A DNA stretch of 64,000 bases from Candidatus Aldehydirespirator sp. (GCA_965219165.1 CBDCMW010000002.1:2219445-2283444), one strand, 5' to 3'. Counted from the stretch's first letter, positions 1 to 8,959 are shown. Notes: generated by a model from the sequence alone, not told the origin. Numbers and translations are program-made.

Positions 1-2
1 TG

Positions 3-791
3 GAATCGACGTTCGCAATACCCAAGAGCTGGTTCTATGACCTGAACACCTACGACGCGGCAGACCTGCTCGGCGCGTCAGTGGGCGTGGTCGCTGTGGT
101 CCTGGGATGGAACCGTGCCGACACCGAGACCTTCGCCAGTCTCACCGCCAGCATGGGGCTGCCAGCCGCCGTCGGCGCCAATCCCCTATTGCTGGTCGTC
201 GTGGTCGTCGCTGCAGCCAAAGCCTTCCACAAGGCCCGCCCCGGCGGCGAGTACACCGAACTCGTCGACGGCGGATTCAAGGGCGCCGTCGGCTCCGGAG
301 CGACACTGGCGGCGGTCGCGCTCGTGGGCTCGGCCGGCGGGCCCGCGGGGGTGGCGCTCCTGGTCGGCATCACCACGGGCATCGTCGCCAACTCCGCAAC
401 GAAGAACGTGAGCCTGACCGCAATCGGCCGGTTCGTCGCTGAACGGGAAGCACCGCGCCGCGCGCTCGGCGGACCCCAACACCGCTACAACGACCGCCGC
501 GGCGGCCTCGGCCTCGGCCCCCAACGCTCCGCTCCCCCACCATCGAGGCACCAGGTCCTCGGAGTGGTAGGTGGTCGCCACCCGCCGGCCCCGACATGGG
601 GGCTCGCGGTGTTACCGGTCGATGCCGGCCCCGACATGGGGGCTCGCGGCGCTACCGGTCGATGCCGGCCTCGCCCCGTCGGCGGGGCTCGTCGGCCAGT
701 GGCGCCAGGGCCCGCGCCAGGTCCGGGACGCTGGCAGCGATGGTGTCCCACACCAGCTTGTGGTCGATGTCGTCGTAATCGTGCGCGATGA
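3..791 (+). CDS. Membrane protein, 5' end outside window (partial); true stop uncertain
   Basis: The frame is open from base 3. It contains hydrophobic stretches (LLLVVVVVAAAKA, GVALLVGITTGIV). The tail after about 450 overlaps the convergent hepT and a tandem repeat, so the C-terminus is doubtful. Confidence 0.4.
   Translation, partial: ESTFAIPKSWFYDLNTYDAADLLGASVGVVAVVLGWNRADTETFASLTASMGLPAAVGANPLLLVVVVVAAAKAFHKARPGGEYTELVDGGFKGAVGSGATLAAVALVGSAGGPAGVALLVGITTGIVANSATKNVSLTAIGRFVAEREAPRRALGGPQHRYNDRRGGLGLGPQRSAPPPSRHQVLGVVGGRHPPAPTWGLAVLPVDAGPDMGARGATGRCRPRPVGGARRPVAPGPAPGPGRWQRWCPTPACGRCRRNRAR
584..670. repeat. 40-bp tandem repeat, 2.2 copies, each unit carrying a GC hairpin
   Basis: The unit gccggccccgacatgggggctcgcggYgYtaccggtcgat occurs at 584-623 and 624-663, with a partial third copy at 664-670. 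Each unit contains ggcccc-gacatg-ggggct. The array lies between convergent genes. Confidence 0.85.
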
Positions 792-1017
792 AGTTGCGCA
801 TGGCGCGGGCCTTGGCCAGCGGCAGGTCGGGCCGTTGGGCGACGAGGCGCTGCGAGAGTTTGCCGGCGGCCTCCCCGATGATCTCGAGTTGGCGTTCGGC
901 GGCCGCTCGGACCAGCCAACTGGAGTCGAATCGGTCGCGTCCGGCCTCGACAATCTCCTCCAGGCGAGCCGCGGCGAGCATGATGTGGGATATGAAGTCG
1001 CTGTCGCGGCCGCTCAC
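652..1017 (-). CDS. hepT: HepT-like HEPN (DUF86) toxin
   Basis: Has the R-x4-H motif (RNFIAHDY). It is 121 aa and overlaps the upstream MNT gene by 4 bp. Confidence 0.85.
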   Translation of the reverse strand: MSGRDSDFISHIMLAAARLEEIVEAGRDRFDSSWLVRAAAERQLEIIGEAAGKLSQRLVAQRPDLPLAKARAMRNFIAHDYDDIDHKLVWDTIAASVPDLARALAPLADEPRRRGEAGIDR

Positions 1018-1316
1018 AGCGTGATGGCGTCCTCTAGGATGCCGCGGTGCTTGTCTTTGAGTCCGCCCGCTGAGATCACGTCGACGTCGCCGCCGAGCAC
1101 CTCCTCAAGGTCCAACTTGAGGCCCGCCAGATCAAACAGCGACGCGCCGTCTTTGAATCGGGCCAAGAAGTCATAGTCGCTGTCGTCGCTGTCGTCGCCG
1201 CGTGCCACCGAGCCGACCAGGGCTATCGAGGCGGCCTTGTTGCGGGCCGCGGCGGCGCGGATCGCCTCGCGGTGCTTCCCGAGAACGTCATCGCGGCGTG
1301 CTCCCACAAGCCCCAT
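1014..1316 (-). CDS. mntA: MntA-like minimal nucleotidyltransferase antitoxin
   Basis: Has the GSVARGD and DYDF NTase motifs. It is 100 aa and translationally coupled to hepT. Confidence 0.85.
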   Translation of the reverse strand: MGLVGARRDDVLGKHREAIRAAAARNKAASIALVGSVARGDDSDDSDYDFLARFKDGASLFDLAGLKLDLEEVLGGDVDVISAGGLKDKHRGILEDAITL

Positions 1317-1554
1317 AGTAGGCGCTGGCGACCCACTGCCGGTGACCTGCCAGTCACGTTCACGGCGACATCGCCTATCGTCCGCACATACATCGCGCCA
1401 CGGAGAGGGCCATCGCCGCCGGCAGGAGGCCCGAGTCCGAGGCTGAGGAGACCGAGCTGTACACGACCATCGATGGTGCGTTCAGGTGCCTGATCCTGGA
1501 CTTCGAGATCAAGGGGATCACGGTTCCACCGCCCGATCAAGCGACGCTGCCCCT

Positions 1555-2368
1555 ATGACTCTTGACGTCGGGGCGCTCAGGAACCTCCTTTGCGAGCGCC
1601 TCTGTGAGGACGTGGGTGTCGATGAGCGCCCGGACGGCGAGCTCATGCTGCGCACGCATTTCTCCTTCCCTGACGGCGACGGCTGTCCCTTCCATCTGGC
1701 CGAAGCGCCCTCAGGCGGCCTCCGCCTGTCGGACTGCGGCCACACCCTCATGCACATCAGCTACGACCACGACATCGACTCGTTCCTCTCCGGCACACGG
1801 GGCATGCTGCTCGAGCGCATCGTCGCCGAGAGCGGCATCCACCACGACAGCGGAGTGTTCTCCGTCGACACATCCGTCGACCGGCTGCCCGAGGCCATCT
1901 TCAGATTCGGTCAGGCATTGACCAGGGTCTACGACCTGACCCTGCTGTCGCGATCCAACGTCGGCTCAACCTTCTACGACGACCTGGCCGACTGCCTCTC
2001 GGCCTTAGTGGACGAAGCCAAGATGCAGCGCGACTACCAACAGGAAGTGCCTCCCCACGTGGTCAGAACGACGGTGCCCAACGCGGATGCGTACCCGGTG
2101 GACTACCGCATCGATGGAAAGAGCGGCATCCCGTTGTTCCTTTACGGTGTGCCCAACCGTGACAAGGCGCGGTTGACGACGATCATGCTCGGCTACTTCC
2201 ACCGGCACGGTCGGTCTCTTGTTCGAATCGATCATCGTCTTCGAGGACCAAGCCGAGATCCCGAGAGTCGATCTCGCGAGACTCTCCGATGTGGGCGGGG
2301 ACATGATCTCATCGCTGGAGTCGACCGCGGATCTCAACCGGAAGCTCCTGGTGCGCATTGCCGCATGA
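1555..2368 (+). pseudogene. DUF1828/DUF1829-like gene with a +1 frameshift near 2210-2216
   Basis: The frame from ATG 1555 reads MTLDVGALRNLLCERLCEDVGV...LGYFHRHG. The credible continuation LLFESIIVFEDQAEIPRVDLARLSDVGGDMISSLESTADLNRKLLVRIAA-stop lies in the +1 frame and ends at 2368. Confidence 0.6.
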
Positions 2369-2710
2369 TCGCCGGAACGACGGCCCCTGGGGTGAGTCCG
2401 CCAGCCGGCCCACAACGACCAGCTCCCCGCCGCGGCGCACCAACTCCAGCGCCGACAACTCGGTGTGCACTTCCCGAAGCCCCAGAGGTGCCTCGCCGAC
2501 CCACCCACGCCAACATCGCTGCGGTCTCGCGCAGGCCGCGGTCTGGGCCGCCCTTCGACGAGCTGTCTTGACCAACTCGGTGACGGTGCCAGTGCGTAGG
2601 CGGCCGACCCGCCGGCCGCGCCGGGTGCGCGGCGGCCAGAACTCCGAGTCGTCCTCGTAGCCGCGGTTCGCCCACACGTCATATAGGTCTTAGTTTCGCT
2701 GGGTGTCGTC

Positions 2711-2770
2711 GTCGGGCCATGCGTAGGGGAACAGGCGGGCGTCGGGCCATGCGTAGGGGAACAGGCGGGC
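2711..2770. repeat. Perfect 30-bp tandem duplication
   Basis: gtcgggccatgcgtaggggaacaggcgggc occurs at 2711-2740 and again at 2741-2770. Confidence 0.9.
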
Positions 2771-3077
2771 GTCGTAGCCGCTGTCATGCCAGCGTGCCGT
2801 CGCACGCCGGCCTTGGTGGCGATCGCCCACGTCCACGCTCGGGGGTGAGCCTAGAGTTGGCTGCGAACTGCCGAGAGGGAGGAATGTCGGTGGCCATGAG
2901 ATCCTGCCCAGTGGCGGCCATGTAGCTGCCCGCTGGCGGCCAACAGTTCTGCCCAGCGGCGGCCAACAGGACTGCCCGCGTTGAAGTCCGTTTCCCGTCG
3001 GGGTCCACCGCGGCGGGGTGCTCCTCCTACTCGAATGGCCGGTCACGACAACCGTGACCATCGAGCAGGAGGAGCCA

Positions 3078-4562
3078 GTGAAGTCTCGCGAGGAAATCAT
3101 GAACATGTTGGAAGCGTTCGACCTGACTGGGTCGTTGCGTGGCGCCGGTGAGCTGGCCGGCGTGTCTCATCACACCGTGGCCCGTTATGTCGCTGAGCGC
3201 GACGAGGGTCGGCTGGGGGGTGTGGGCCCGGTGCGCAGGGGGCGGATCATCGATCCGTGGCTGCCGAAGATCGAGGAGTGGGTGGAGCGCTCCTGTGGCA
3301 AGATCCGCGCCGATCGTTGCTATGCCAAGCTGAAGGCGTTGGGGTTCGAGGGTTCGGACCGCACGGTGCGCCGAGCGGTCGCTGAGGTGAAGGCCAACCA
3401 TCGCCGTGGCCGGCGGCGGGTGTATCGGCCGTGGATCCCCGAGCCGGGCATGTGGGCGCAGTGGGACTGGGGCGCGGGTCCGGTCATCGCCGGCCGAAGG
3501 ACGAATCTGTTTTGTGCGTGGCTGGCGTGGTCGAGGTTTCGGGTGGTGATCGCGACCTGGGACCGCACCCTGCCCACGGTGATCGCCTGTGTCGACCGTG
3601 CCATGAGGGCCTTCGGTGGTGCACCGACGTATTGGCTCACCGACAACGAGCGCACGGTCACGATCGATCACGTCGCTGGGATCGCTGTGCGCCATCCGGA
3701 GATCGTTGCGGTCGGCGGCCACTACGGGATCACGGTGGCGACGTGTGTGCCGGCGGATCCGGAGTCCAAGGGCGGGTCAGAGGCGACGGTGCGGGTCGCT
3801 GAGGCCGACTTGGTGCCCACGGACGCGAACCTGCGCGGTGACTACGCCAGCTGGGCCGAGCTGGTCGAGGCCTGTGAGGCGTGGATGGCCGAGATCAACG
3901 GCCGCCAGCATCGGGTTACCCGGCGGCCGCCGGTCGAGATGCTCACCGAGGAACGGCATCGGCTGCACGCGCTGCCCGAACGCCCATACACGGCGGTGCT
4001 CGGGGAGACCCGGAAGGTCTCTTGGAGCTCCACGATCAGCTTCGGCGGCGTGACCTACTCGGTCCCGCACACCCTCGCCGATGAGACAGTGTGGGTGCGC
4101 GTCGACGGTGAGCGGGTCGTGGTCACCCACTGCGCATCGTCAGGTCCAATCGAGGTTGCCCGCCACCAGCGTTCGACGCCGGGGCATCCGATGATCGACG
4201 ACGCCCACTATCCGCCACGCCCGGCTGGGCCGCTCGGGCGGCGTCCGAAGCCGACGAGCGCGGCCGAGGCCGAGTTCCTCGCTATCGGAGACGGCGCCCG
4301 CACCTGGCTCGTTGAAGCAGCCGCCGCGGGCACGACCCGCATGAAGGTCAAGATGGCCCAAGCCGTCACCCTCGCCCGACTGCACGGCCAGATCCGCGTT
4401 GATTGGGCGCTCGGCCACGCCGCGATGTTCGGCCGCTTCGCCGACGGCGACCTGGCCTCGATCCTGGCTGCTGACCCGCCCGGACACCGCCGGCGCGCCG
4501 ATGACGTGCACTCGCTGCAGCCCGGCACCGCCGCCTGGGGTCGCCTCGGAGGCGACCGATGA
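3078..4562 (+). CDS. istA: IS21 transposase IstA
   Basis: Has an N-terminal HTH (GELAGVSHHTVARYV) and a DDE integrase core. AGGAGG lies 5 nt upstream of GTG 3078. The ORF track starts earlier, at 3018. Confidence 0.9.
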   Translation: MKSREEIMNMLEAFDLTGSLRGAGELAGVSHHTVARYVAERDEGRLGGVGPVRRGRIIDPWLPKIEEWVERSCGKIRADRCYAKLKALGFEGSDRTVRRAVAEVKANHRRGRRRVYRPWIPEPGMWAQWDWGAGPVIAGRRTNLFCAWLAWSRFRVVIATWDRTLPTVIACVDRAMRAFGGAPTYWLTDNERTVTIDHVAGIAVRHPEIVAVGGHYGITVATCVPADPESKGGSEATVRVAEADLVPTDANLRGDYASWAELVEACEAWMAEINGRQHRVTRRPPVEMLTEERHRLHALPERPYTAVLGETRKVSWSSTISFGGVTYSVPHTLADETVWVRVDGERVVVTHCASSGPIEVARHQRSTPGHPMIDDAHYPPRPAGPLGRRPKPTSAAEAEFLAIGDGARTWLVEAAAAGTTRMKVKMAQAVTLARLHGQIRVDWALGHAAMFGRFADGDLASILAADPPGHRRRADDVHSLQPGTAAWGRLGGDR

Positions 4563-5323
4563 ACCCAGCACCGATCGACGAGGTCGTGGACCTGTTGCGC
4601 ATCCTGCGCCTGCCCCACATGCGCACCGCAGCACCGGAGTTGTTGGCCACCGCCAAGGCTCAGCGATGGGACCCAGCCGAAGCAGTCAAGGCGCTGCTCG
4701 CCGAAGAGCTCGCCGGCCGCCAAGCATCCTCCATCAACAGCCGTCGCAAGGCCGCCGGGTTCCCCACCGGCAAGACCTTCGACGCCTGGGACGAAACCGT
4801 CAGCTCGATCCCGGCGCCGACCCAGCGGGCGCTGCGCACCCTGGAGTGGATCCACCGTCACGAGAACCTCGTCGTGTGCGGACCATCAGGCACAGGCAAG
4901 ACGCACTTCCTTGAAGCGCTCGGCCAGGCCGCCGTCGATGCCGGCCACAAAGTGTCCTGGTTCAGTCTCGAGCACCTCGGCGCGCTCGTGCGCCGCCACG
5001 GCGCCGACGACACCGCCGCCAAAGCGATCAAGCGGATCATGCGCACCGACGTCATCGTCATCGACGACATAGGCCTGCTCCCCGTCGCCACCGAGACCGC
5101 CGAGGCGCTCTACCGCGTCGTCGACGCCGCCTACGAGAAACGCTCCATCGCCTTGTCGAGCAACCTTCACCCCGCCGGGTTCGACGAACTCATGCCCAAG
5201 ACCATCGCCAACGCCACCGTCGACCGGCTGCTGCACCACGCCCACGTCGTCATGACCGCCGGCGACAGCATCCGCCTCACCCAAGCCACCGCCGGCAAGG
5301 GGGTGACGCCACTGACCAACTGA
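4559..5323 (+). CDS. istB: IS21 helper ATPase IstB
   Basis: Has Walker A (GPSGTGKTH) and Walker B (VIVIDDIG) motifs and an ATGA overlap with istA. Confidence 0.9.
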   Translation: MNPAPIDEVVDLLRILRLPHMRTAAPELLATAKAQRWDPAEAVKALLAEELAGRQASSINSRRKAAGFPTGKTFDAWDETVSSIPAPTQRALRTLEWIHRHENLVVCGPSGTGKTHFLEALGQAAVDAGHKVSWFSLEHLGALVRRHGADDTAAKAIKRIMRTDVIVIDDIGLLPVATETAEALYRVVDAAYEKRSIALSSNLHPAGFDELMPKTIANATVDRLLHHAHVVMTAGDSIRLTQATAGKGVTPLTN

Positions 5324-5432
5324 CCCAACGGGCAGAACACCTGGCCACCACCGGGCAGTTCTGTTGGCCACGGCTGGGCAGTTCTACTGTCCGCCACTGG
5401 GCAGATCCCACTGGCCGTTGACAGAGGAACTC

Positions 5433-5621
5433 ATGACCGCTGTTCCTGTCACCGGCGCCGACCCACAGACCGCCGAGGAATCTGTGACGCTCGCTGACCT
5501 CGACGCCGGCGTCGGCAACATCCCCGACGTGCCCGAGGAGGAAGTCGCCGTGCGCTACTTCAGCGACGAAGCCCTCCAAGCGGCAATCCGACTGCGCCGC
5601 AACGGCCGCAACATCGGCTAG
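5433..5621 (+). CDS. Small acidic hypothetical protein (62 aa)
   Basis: ATG 5433 lies 3 nt after GAGGAA, which is also the IS21 target duplication. No recognisable domain. Confidence 0.3.
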   Translation: MTAVPVTGADPQTAEESVTLADLDAGVGNIPDVPEEEVAVRYFSDEALQAAIRLRRNGRNIG

Positions 5622-5658
5622 CCGCAACCCAGGTGCAAGCCGGATTCGACGAGGCGCG

Positions 5659-6912
5659 TCAGGTCCAGAGGGAGCTGATCGGCAGGGCCCAGAGGCGATC
5701 GCCCAGCGGGAACGCAGCAGGGCCGGTGTGAAGCACTATGCCGGCCAGAAGCTGGTCGCCGGTGTGATCTCGCAGCCAGGCGAGGTGGCGGGCGTCGTCG
5801 ACGGTGGGTGCGGCGGTGGCCTTGATCTCGAAGGCGACCAGGCGCCGCGCGTCCAGTTCCGCGACGACGTCTATCTCGTGGCGCCCGTGGTGCTGTCTGA
5901 GGTGATACAGCCGGCAGCGGTGCGCGCTGACGGTCGCCTGGGCCCGCAACTGCGCCACCGCGAGCGTCTCCAGCAGGCGCCCCAGCAGGTTGCCGTCGCG
6001 CATCGCTGAGCGGTCGGTGGCACCGGTCACAGACGCCAGCAGCGACGGATCGACCAGGAACCGCTTGGGTGCCAGCGACAGCCGTTTGAGCCGGTTCGAC
6101 GTCCAGGCGGGCAGCTCGTCGATGATGTGGAGGCGGCCGAGCAGGTGAAGGTAGCGCAGGACGGTGCGGCGGTTGATGCCCGCGGCCTCACAGAGGGTGC
6201 TGTCGTCCACCACGCCGGCCGAGTTGAGCGAGTACGCCTCGAAGAAGCGGGCCAGCCGGACGCTGTCATAGCCTCCGCCGGCCATCTGGGAGTCGCGTGA
6301 GACGATCTCTTCGACATAGGTGTCGAGCCAACTGCGCCGGGCGCGCTCTCCCAGTCCAAGCGCAGCCTGGGGGAATCCGCCCCGCAGGGCCATCTCGAGG
6401 TAGTCGCGCAGGTTGGGGCTCCCGGCGCGGACCGCGGCCCGCGCCCCGAGCGCGGCCAGATCCCCCCGCGCGATCCGGTCGACCAGCGGCGCCTCGGGGG
6501 CTGCGAGCTGCTCCCCCACCGTCATCGGGTACACCGCGATCCGGGTGACGCGGCCGGTTCCCGGCCAAGTCTCAGCCTCGGTCTCGGCCCGTATCGACCC
6601 CGTCAGCACGAACCGTCCCGGCCGGAGCTCGGCGTCGCAGGCCCGTTTGACCGCGCCCAGTACCCGGGGCACCTCCTGCCACTCGTCGAGCAGGACCGGC
6701 TCAGCCAGACCCTCGATGGCCGCGTCCGGGTCGGCCGCGACCGCCAGGGCCTCGGCCGGGCGATCCAGCCGGATGATGGTCCGGGCGTAACGCGCCGCGG
6801 TGGTGGTCTTGCCCGAAGCCCGCGGACCGACCAGCGCCAGCGCCGGAAGCTCCTTCAGGAACTCGGTCATGAGCGAATCCGCAAGACGCTCCAGATACTC
6901 GGCCACACCCAC
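5659..6912 (-). CDS. AAA_14/DUF4143 ATPase, paralog 1
   Basis: Has Walker A GPRASGKTT and Walker B-like LLDEWQ. The C-terminus has a PD-(D/E)xK-like EIDVV...FEIKAT motif. Length 417 aa. Confidence 0.85.
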   Translation of the reverse strand: MGVAEYLERLADSLMTEFLKELPALALVGPRASGKTTTAARYARTIIRLDRPAEALAVAADPDAAIEGLAEPVLLDEWQEVPRVLGAVKRACDAELRPGRFVLTGSIRAETEAETWPGTGRVTRIAVYPMTVGEQLAAPEAPLVDRIARGDLAALGARAAVRAGSPNLRDYLEMALRGGFPQAALGLGERARRSWLDTYVEEIVSRDSQMAGGGYDSVRLARFFEAYSLNSAGVVDDSTLCEAAGINRRTVLRYLHLLGRLHIIDELPAWTSNRLKRLSLAPKRFLVDPSLLASVTGATDRSAMRDGNLLGRLLETLAVAQLRAQATVSAHRCRLYHLRQHHGRHEIDVVAELDARRLVAFEIKATAAPTVDDARHLAWLRDHTGDQLLAGIVLHTGPAAFPLGDRLWALPISSLWT

Positions 6913-6913
6913 A

Positions 6914-6969
6914 GACTACCGACCGCCGACACCGGGCACTACCGATATTTGACAGACTCAGCTACCAAC
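6914..6969 (-). promoter_or_regulatory. Three direct ACTACC(G/A)A repeats upstream of ATPase paralog 1
   Basis: gactaccgac at 6914-6923, gcactaccgat at 6936-6946 and cagctaccaac at 6959-6969, immediately 5' of the GTG start at 6912. Confidence 0.4.
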
Positions 6970-7153
6970 AATCGACACATCGCATTGCAACGAGGCGTTC
7001 ACTGACTTGGGAATGGTCGCAGCGCGACCTGGCCGTTCGCAGGCGACAACGGCATGGGCGCGGCTCCCCAGACCTCGCTGCACAGCCTTGTAGCGCTGGC
7101 TGCAAGCCACCTCTGGCCCAGCGCAGCGACGCCCGGACCTTGCCGACGGGATC

Positions 7154-7519
7154 GTGACACAGCAAGAACAGCAACTAGCAGAACAGATCGCCGCGGCGCT
7201 CTCCTTGGGCTCGACCGACCTTCATGCCACACCGAGCCCCACGAGCCCAGTGGAACTCAAGGCAGGCATGAACGTGTGCTTCACCGGAACCTACGTCGTC
7301 AATGGTGCTCGCGTGGGCAAGGAGACACTGGAGAAGATCGCGACGCAGGCCGGGTTGAGACCGTTGAAGACGCTAACCAACAAGTGCCAGGTGCTCGTAG
7401 CCGCCGACCCAATGTCACAATCCGGCAAGGCCCGAACAGCTCGCAAGAGGAGCATTCCGATCGTCAGCGTTGAGGACTTCATCAATGCGACCGACAGGGT
7501 TACGCCCCTATCGGATTGA
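7154..7519 (+). CDS. Stand-alone BRCT-domain protein (121 aa)
   Basis: VCFTGT...GKETLEKIATQAGLRP...CQVLVAADPMSQSGKARTARKRSIPIVSVEDFI resembles the LigA-type BRCT fold. The gene is divergent from ATPase paralog 1. Confidence 0.65.
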   Translation: MTQQEQQLAEQIAAALSLGSTDLHATPSPTSPVELKAGMNVCFTGTYVVNGARVGKETLEKIATQAGLRPLKTLTNKCQVLVAADPMSQSGKARTARKRSIPIVSVEDFINATDRVTPLSD

Positions 7520-7585
7520 CGCGCCATCGCGCTGCAGCGGCCAACACGCTCAGAGAGTGCTGACGGTGCTGACGGTTCCCAGGCA

Positions 7586-7978
7586 TTAGCGCGCTGATCG
7601 AGCCTTCGATTCCCGGGGCAGCACGAGGGCTCCTCCGTCTTCGGCGTCCGCGACGGTGAGCGGCGGCATGGCCGGGTGCCGCCACTGGTCGGCGTCCACT
7701 GCCGAGATCTCTGAGGCTCGGCCAGTGCGGTCCCGGAGCCTGCCCGCGTTCCTCGCAACCTGCTCGGGCAGTTGCTCCTCGATGTCGCAGCCCTTGAGGA
7801 AACGGTTCGTGACCGGATCGATGCTCTGGCGTCCCGTCAGGCATTCCGCCAGCACCACCGAGGGCACCACCGGCGGCCAGATGCCCCGGCGCTTCAACGA
7901 TCCGATGCGAGCCGCCGAACGGCGATCTCGGCCGGCGAGTCGGGTAACGGCCCCCGAGTCGAGAACGACCGCTCCCAT
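7586..7978 (-). CDS. vapC: PIN-domain toxin (VapC-like), copy 1
   Basis: Reads VVLDSGAV...LAECL...TVADAED. It has an ATGA overlap with the upstream antitoxin and is about 90% nt-identical to the copy at 58175-58570, except at the 3' end. Confidence 0.75.
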   Translation of the reverse strand: MGAVVLDSGAVTRLAGRDRRSAARIGSLKRRGIWPPVVPSVVLAECLTGRQSIDPVTNRFLKGCDIEEQLPEQVARNAGRLRDRTGRASEISAVDADQWRHPAMPPLTVADAEDGGALVLPRESKARSAR

Positions 7979-8193
7979 CAGGCGTCGGGCACCTTCTTGA
8001 GGTGACGCTCAATGCGGTCGCACCAGGCCTCGGCCTCGGCCACCTCTTCCGGTGACGGCTCGCCGACCTCCTCAATAAGTTCGGCGAGATAGCGGTCCGC
8101 CTCCTGCAGAAGCTCACTGCGGCGTGCGGGGGCCGAGTTTCGAGCACCTCGGCCGTTGCGCACCGGGGTATGAGCCTCTCCGACCGTTGCCAT
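7978..8193 (-). CDS. Antitoxin partner of PIN toxin, copy 1
   Basis: Small acidic protein (LAELIEEVGEPSPEEVAEAEAW) starting at the internal Met MATVGE, coupled to vapC. Confidence 0.6.
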   Translation of the reverse strand: MATVGEAHTPVRNGRGARNSAPARRSELLQEADRYLAELIEEVGEPSPEEVAEAEAWCDRIERHLKKVPDA

Positions 8194-8361
8194 ACACGAA
8201 ATGATACAACATTGATGAACAATCGCAACGTGGATCAACCGTGCAGGCTGGTATCTACGCCTATCCTTGTGCTGTCAGCTGTTCGAGGGGCAGACTTCGG
8301 GCCCCGCAGCGCGCGGCTGCTGGCCAGCCAGCTTGCGTGTATTCGGTCGTAATACAGTATC

Positions 8362-8670
8362 GTGGCAACGACCCCGTTCGATATCGACCCCCTTGACGAC
8401 GATGACCCCTTCGAGATCACCAGCCAGGCCCCGCACCTGTTCAAGCACGGCCCGCTTGGGATTGATGACATCTTCGATGTGTGGCGCAGCGACCCGTTGT
8501 TCTACCCCTCCAAGCCGCCGGCCCACTGGCTAATGGTCTCGCAGGTCAGTGGCCTGGTGCTGGTGGTCCCCCTCGCGCCCGCCGAGTCTGGCGACCCGAA
8601 CAAGTGCCGGCCCATCGGGTGCTATGTCGCCGCGAGCCATCTGGCCGCCCGCTACCGGGATGACCGATGA
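8362..8670 (+). CDS. BrnT-like (DUF497) toxin
   Basis: The pattern F-x...LFKHGPLGIDDIFDVW...GLVLVVPLAP...CRPIGCYVAASHLAARY parallels BrnT. The toxin-first gene order and the ATGA overlap with an RHH gene also fit. Confidence 0.55.
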   Translation: MATTPFDIDPLDDDDPFEITSQAPHLFKHGPLGIDDIFDVWRSDPLFYPSKPPAHWLMVSQVSGLVLVVPLAPAESGDPNKCRPIGCYVAASHLAARYRDDR

Positions 8671-8903
8671 ACGACGGAGGAATGACTCCCGAAGAGGAGC
8701 ACGACTTCTACGGCAGGCCCGAGAACCAGGTACCCCAGGGACCGGGACGGCGCCGCAAGCAACGAATGACCGACCCCGTGCCGGTGCGGTTCCCGCCCGA
8801 GATGCTCGAACGGGTCAAGGCGGCGGCCGACGCCGACGACCGCTCCGTGTCGTCATGGATTCGCCGGGCCGTCGACCGCACTCTCCAGTCCGAGCAATCC
8901 TGA
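8667..8903 (+). CDS. BrnA-like ribbon-helix-helix antitoxin
   Basis: The C-terminal segment VPVRFPPEMLERVKAAADADDRSVSSWIRRAV is a CopG/RHH motif. Confidence 0.65.
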   Translation: MNDGGMTPEEEHDFYGRPENQVPQGPGRRRKQRMTDPVPVRFPPEMLERVKAAADADDRSVSSWIRRAVDRTLQSEQS

Positions 8904-8959
8904 ACCACGTCGATCAGGCCGGGCGCGCGGCCTAGAACCTCAGCCGGCCGATCAGCCGT

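Larger units (their letters stand above)
2885..5423 (+). mobile_element. Intact IS21-family insertion sequence (2539 bp) with 6-bp target site duplication
   Basis: The ends are TGTC...GACA. The left end tgtcggtggccatgagatcctgcccagtggcgg matches the reverse complement of the right end tgtcaacggccagtgggatctgcccagtggcgg. Several subterminal ctgcccNNNggcggcca repeats occur at both ends. GAGGAA flanks the element at 2879-2884 and 5424-5429. The element carries an istA and istB pair. Confidence 0.9.

Noticed and set aside
2309-2677. The minus-strand 122-aa ORF between the DUF1828 gene and IS21, as a possible gene fragment.
   Set aside because: I found no recognisable motif. Overlapping alternative ORFs of similar quality exist, so I cannot support a call.
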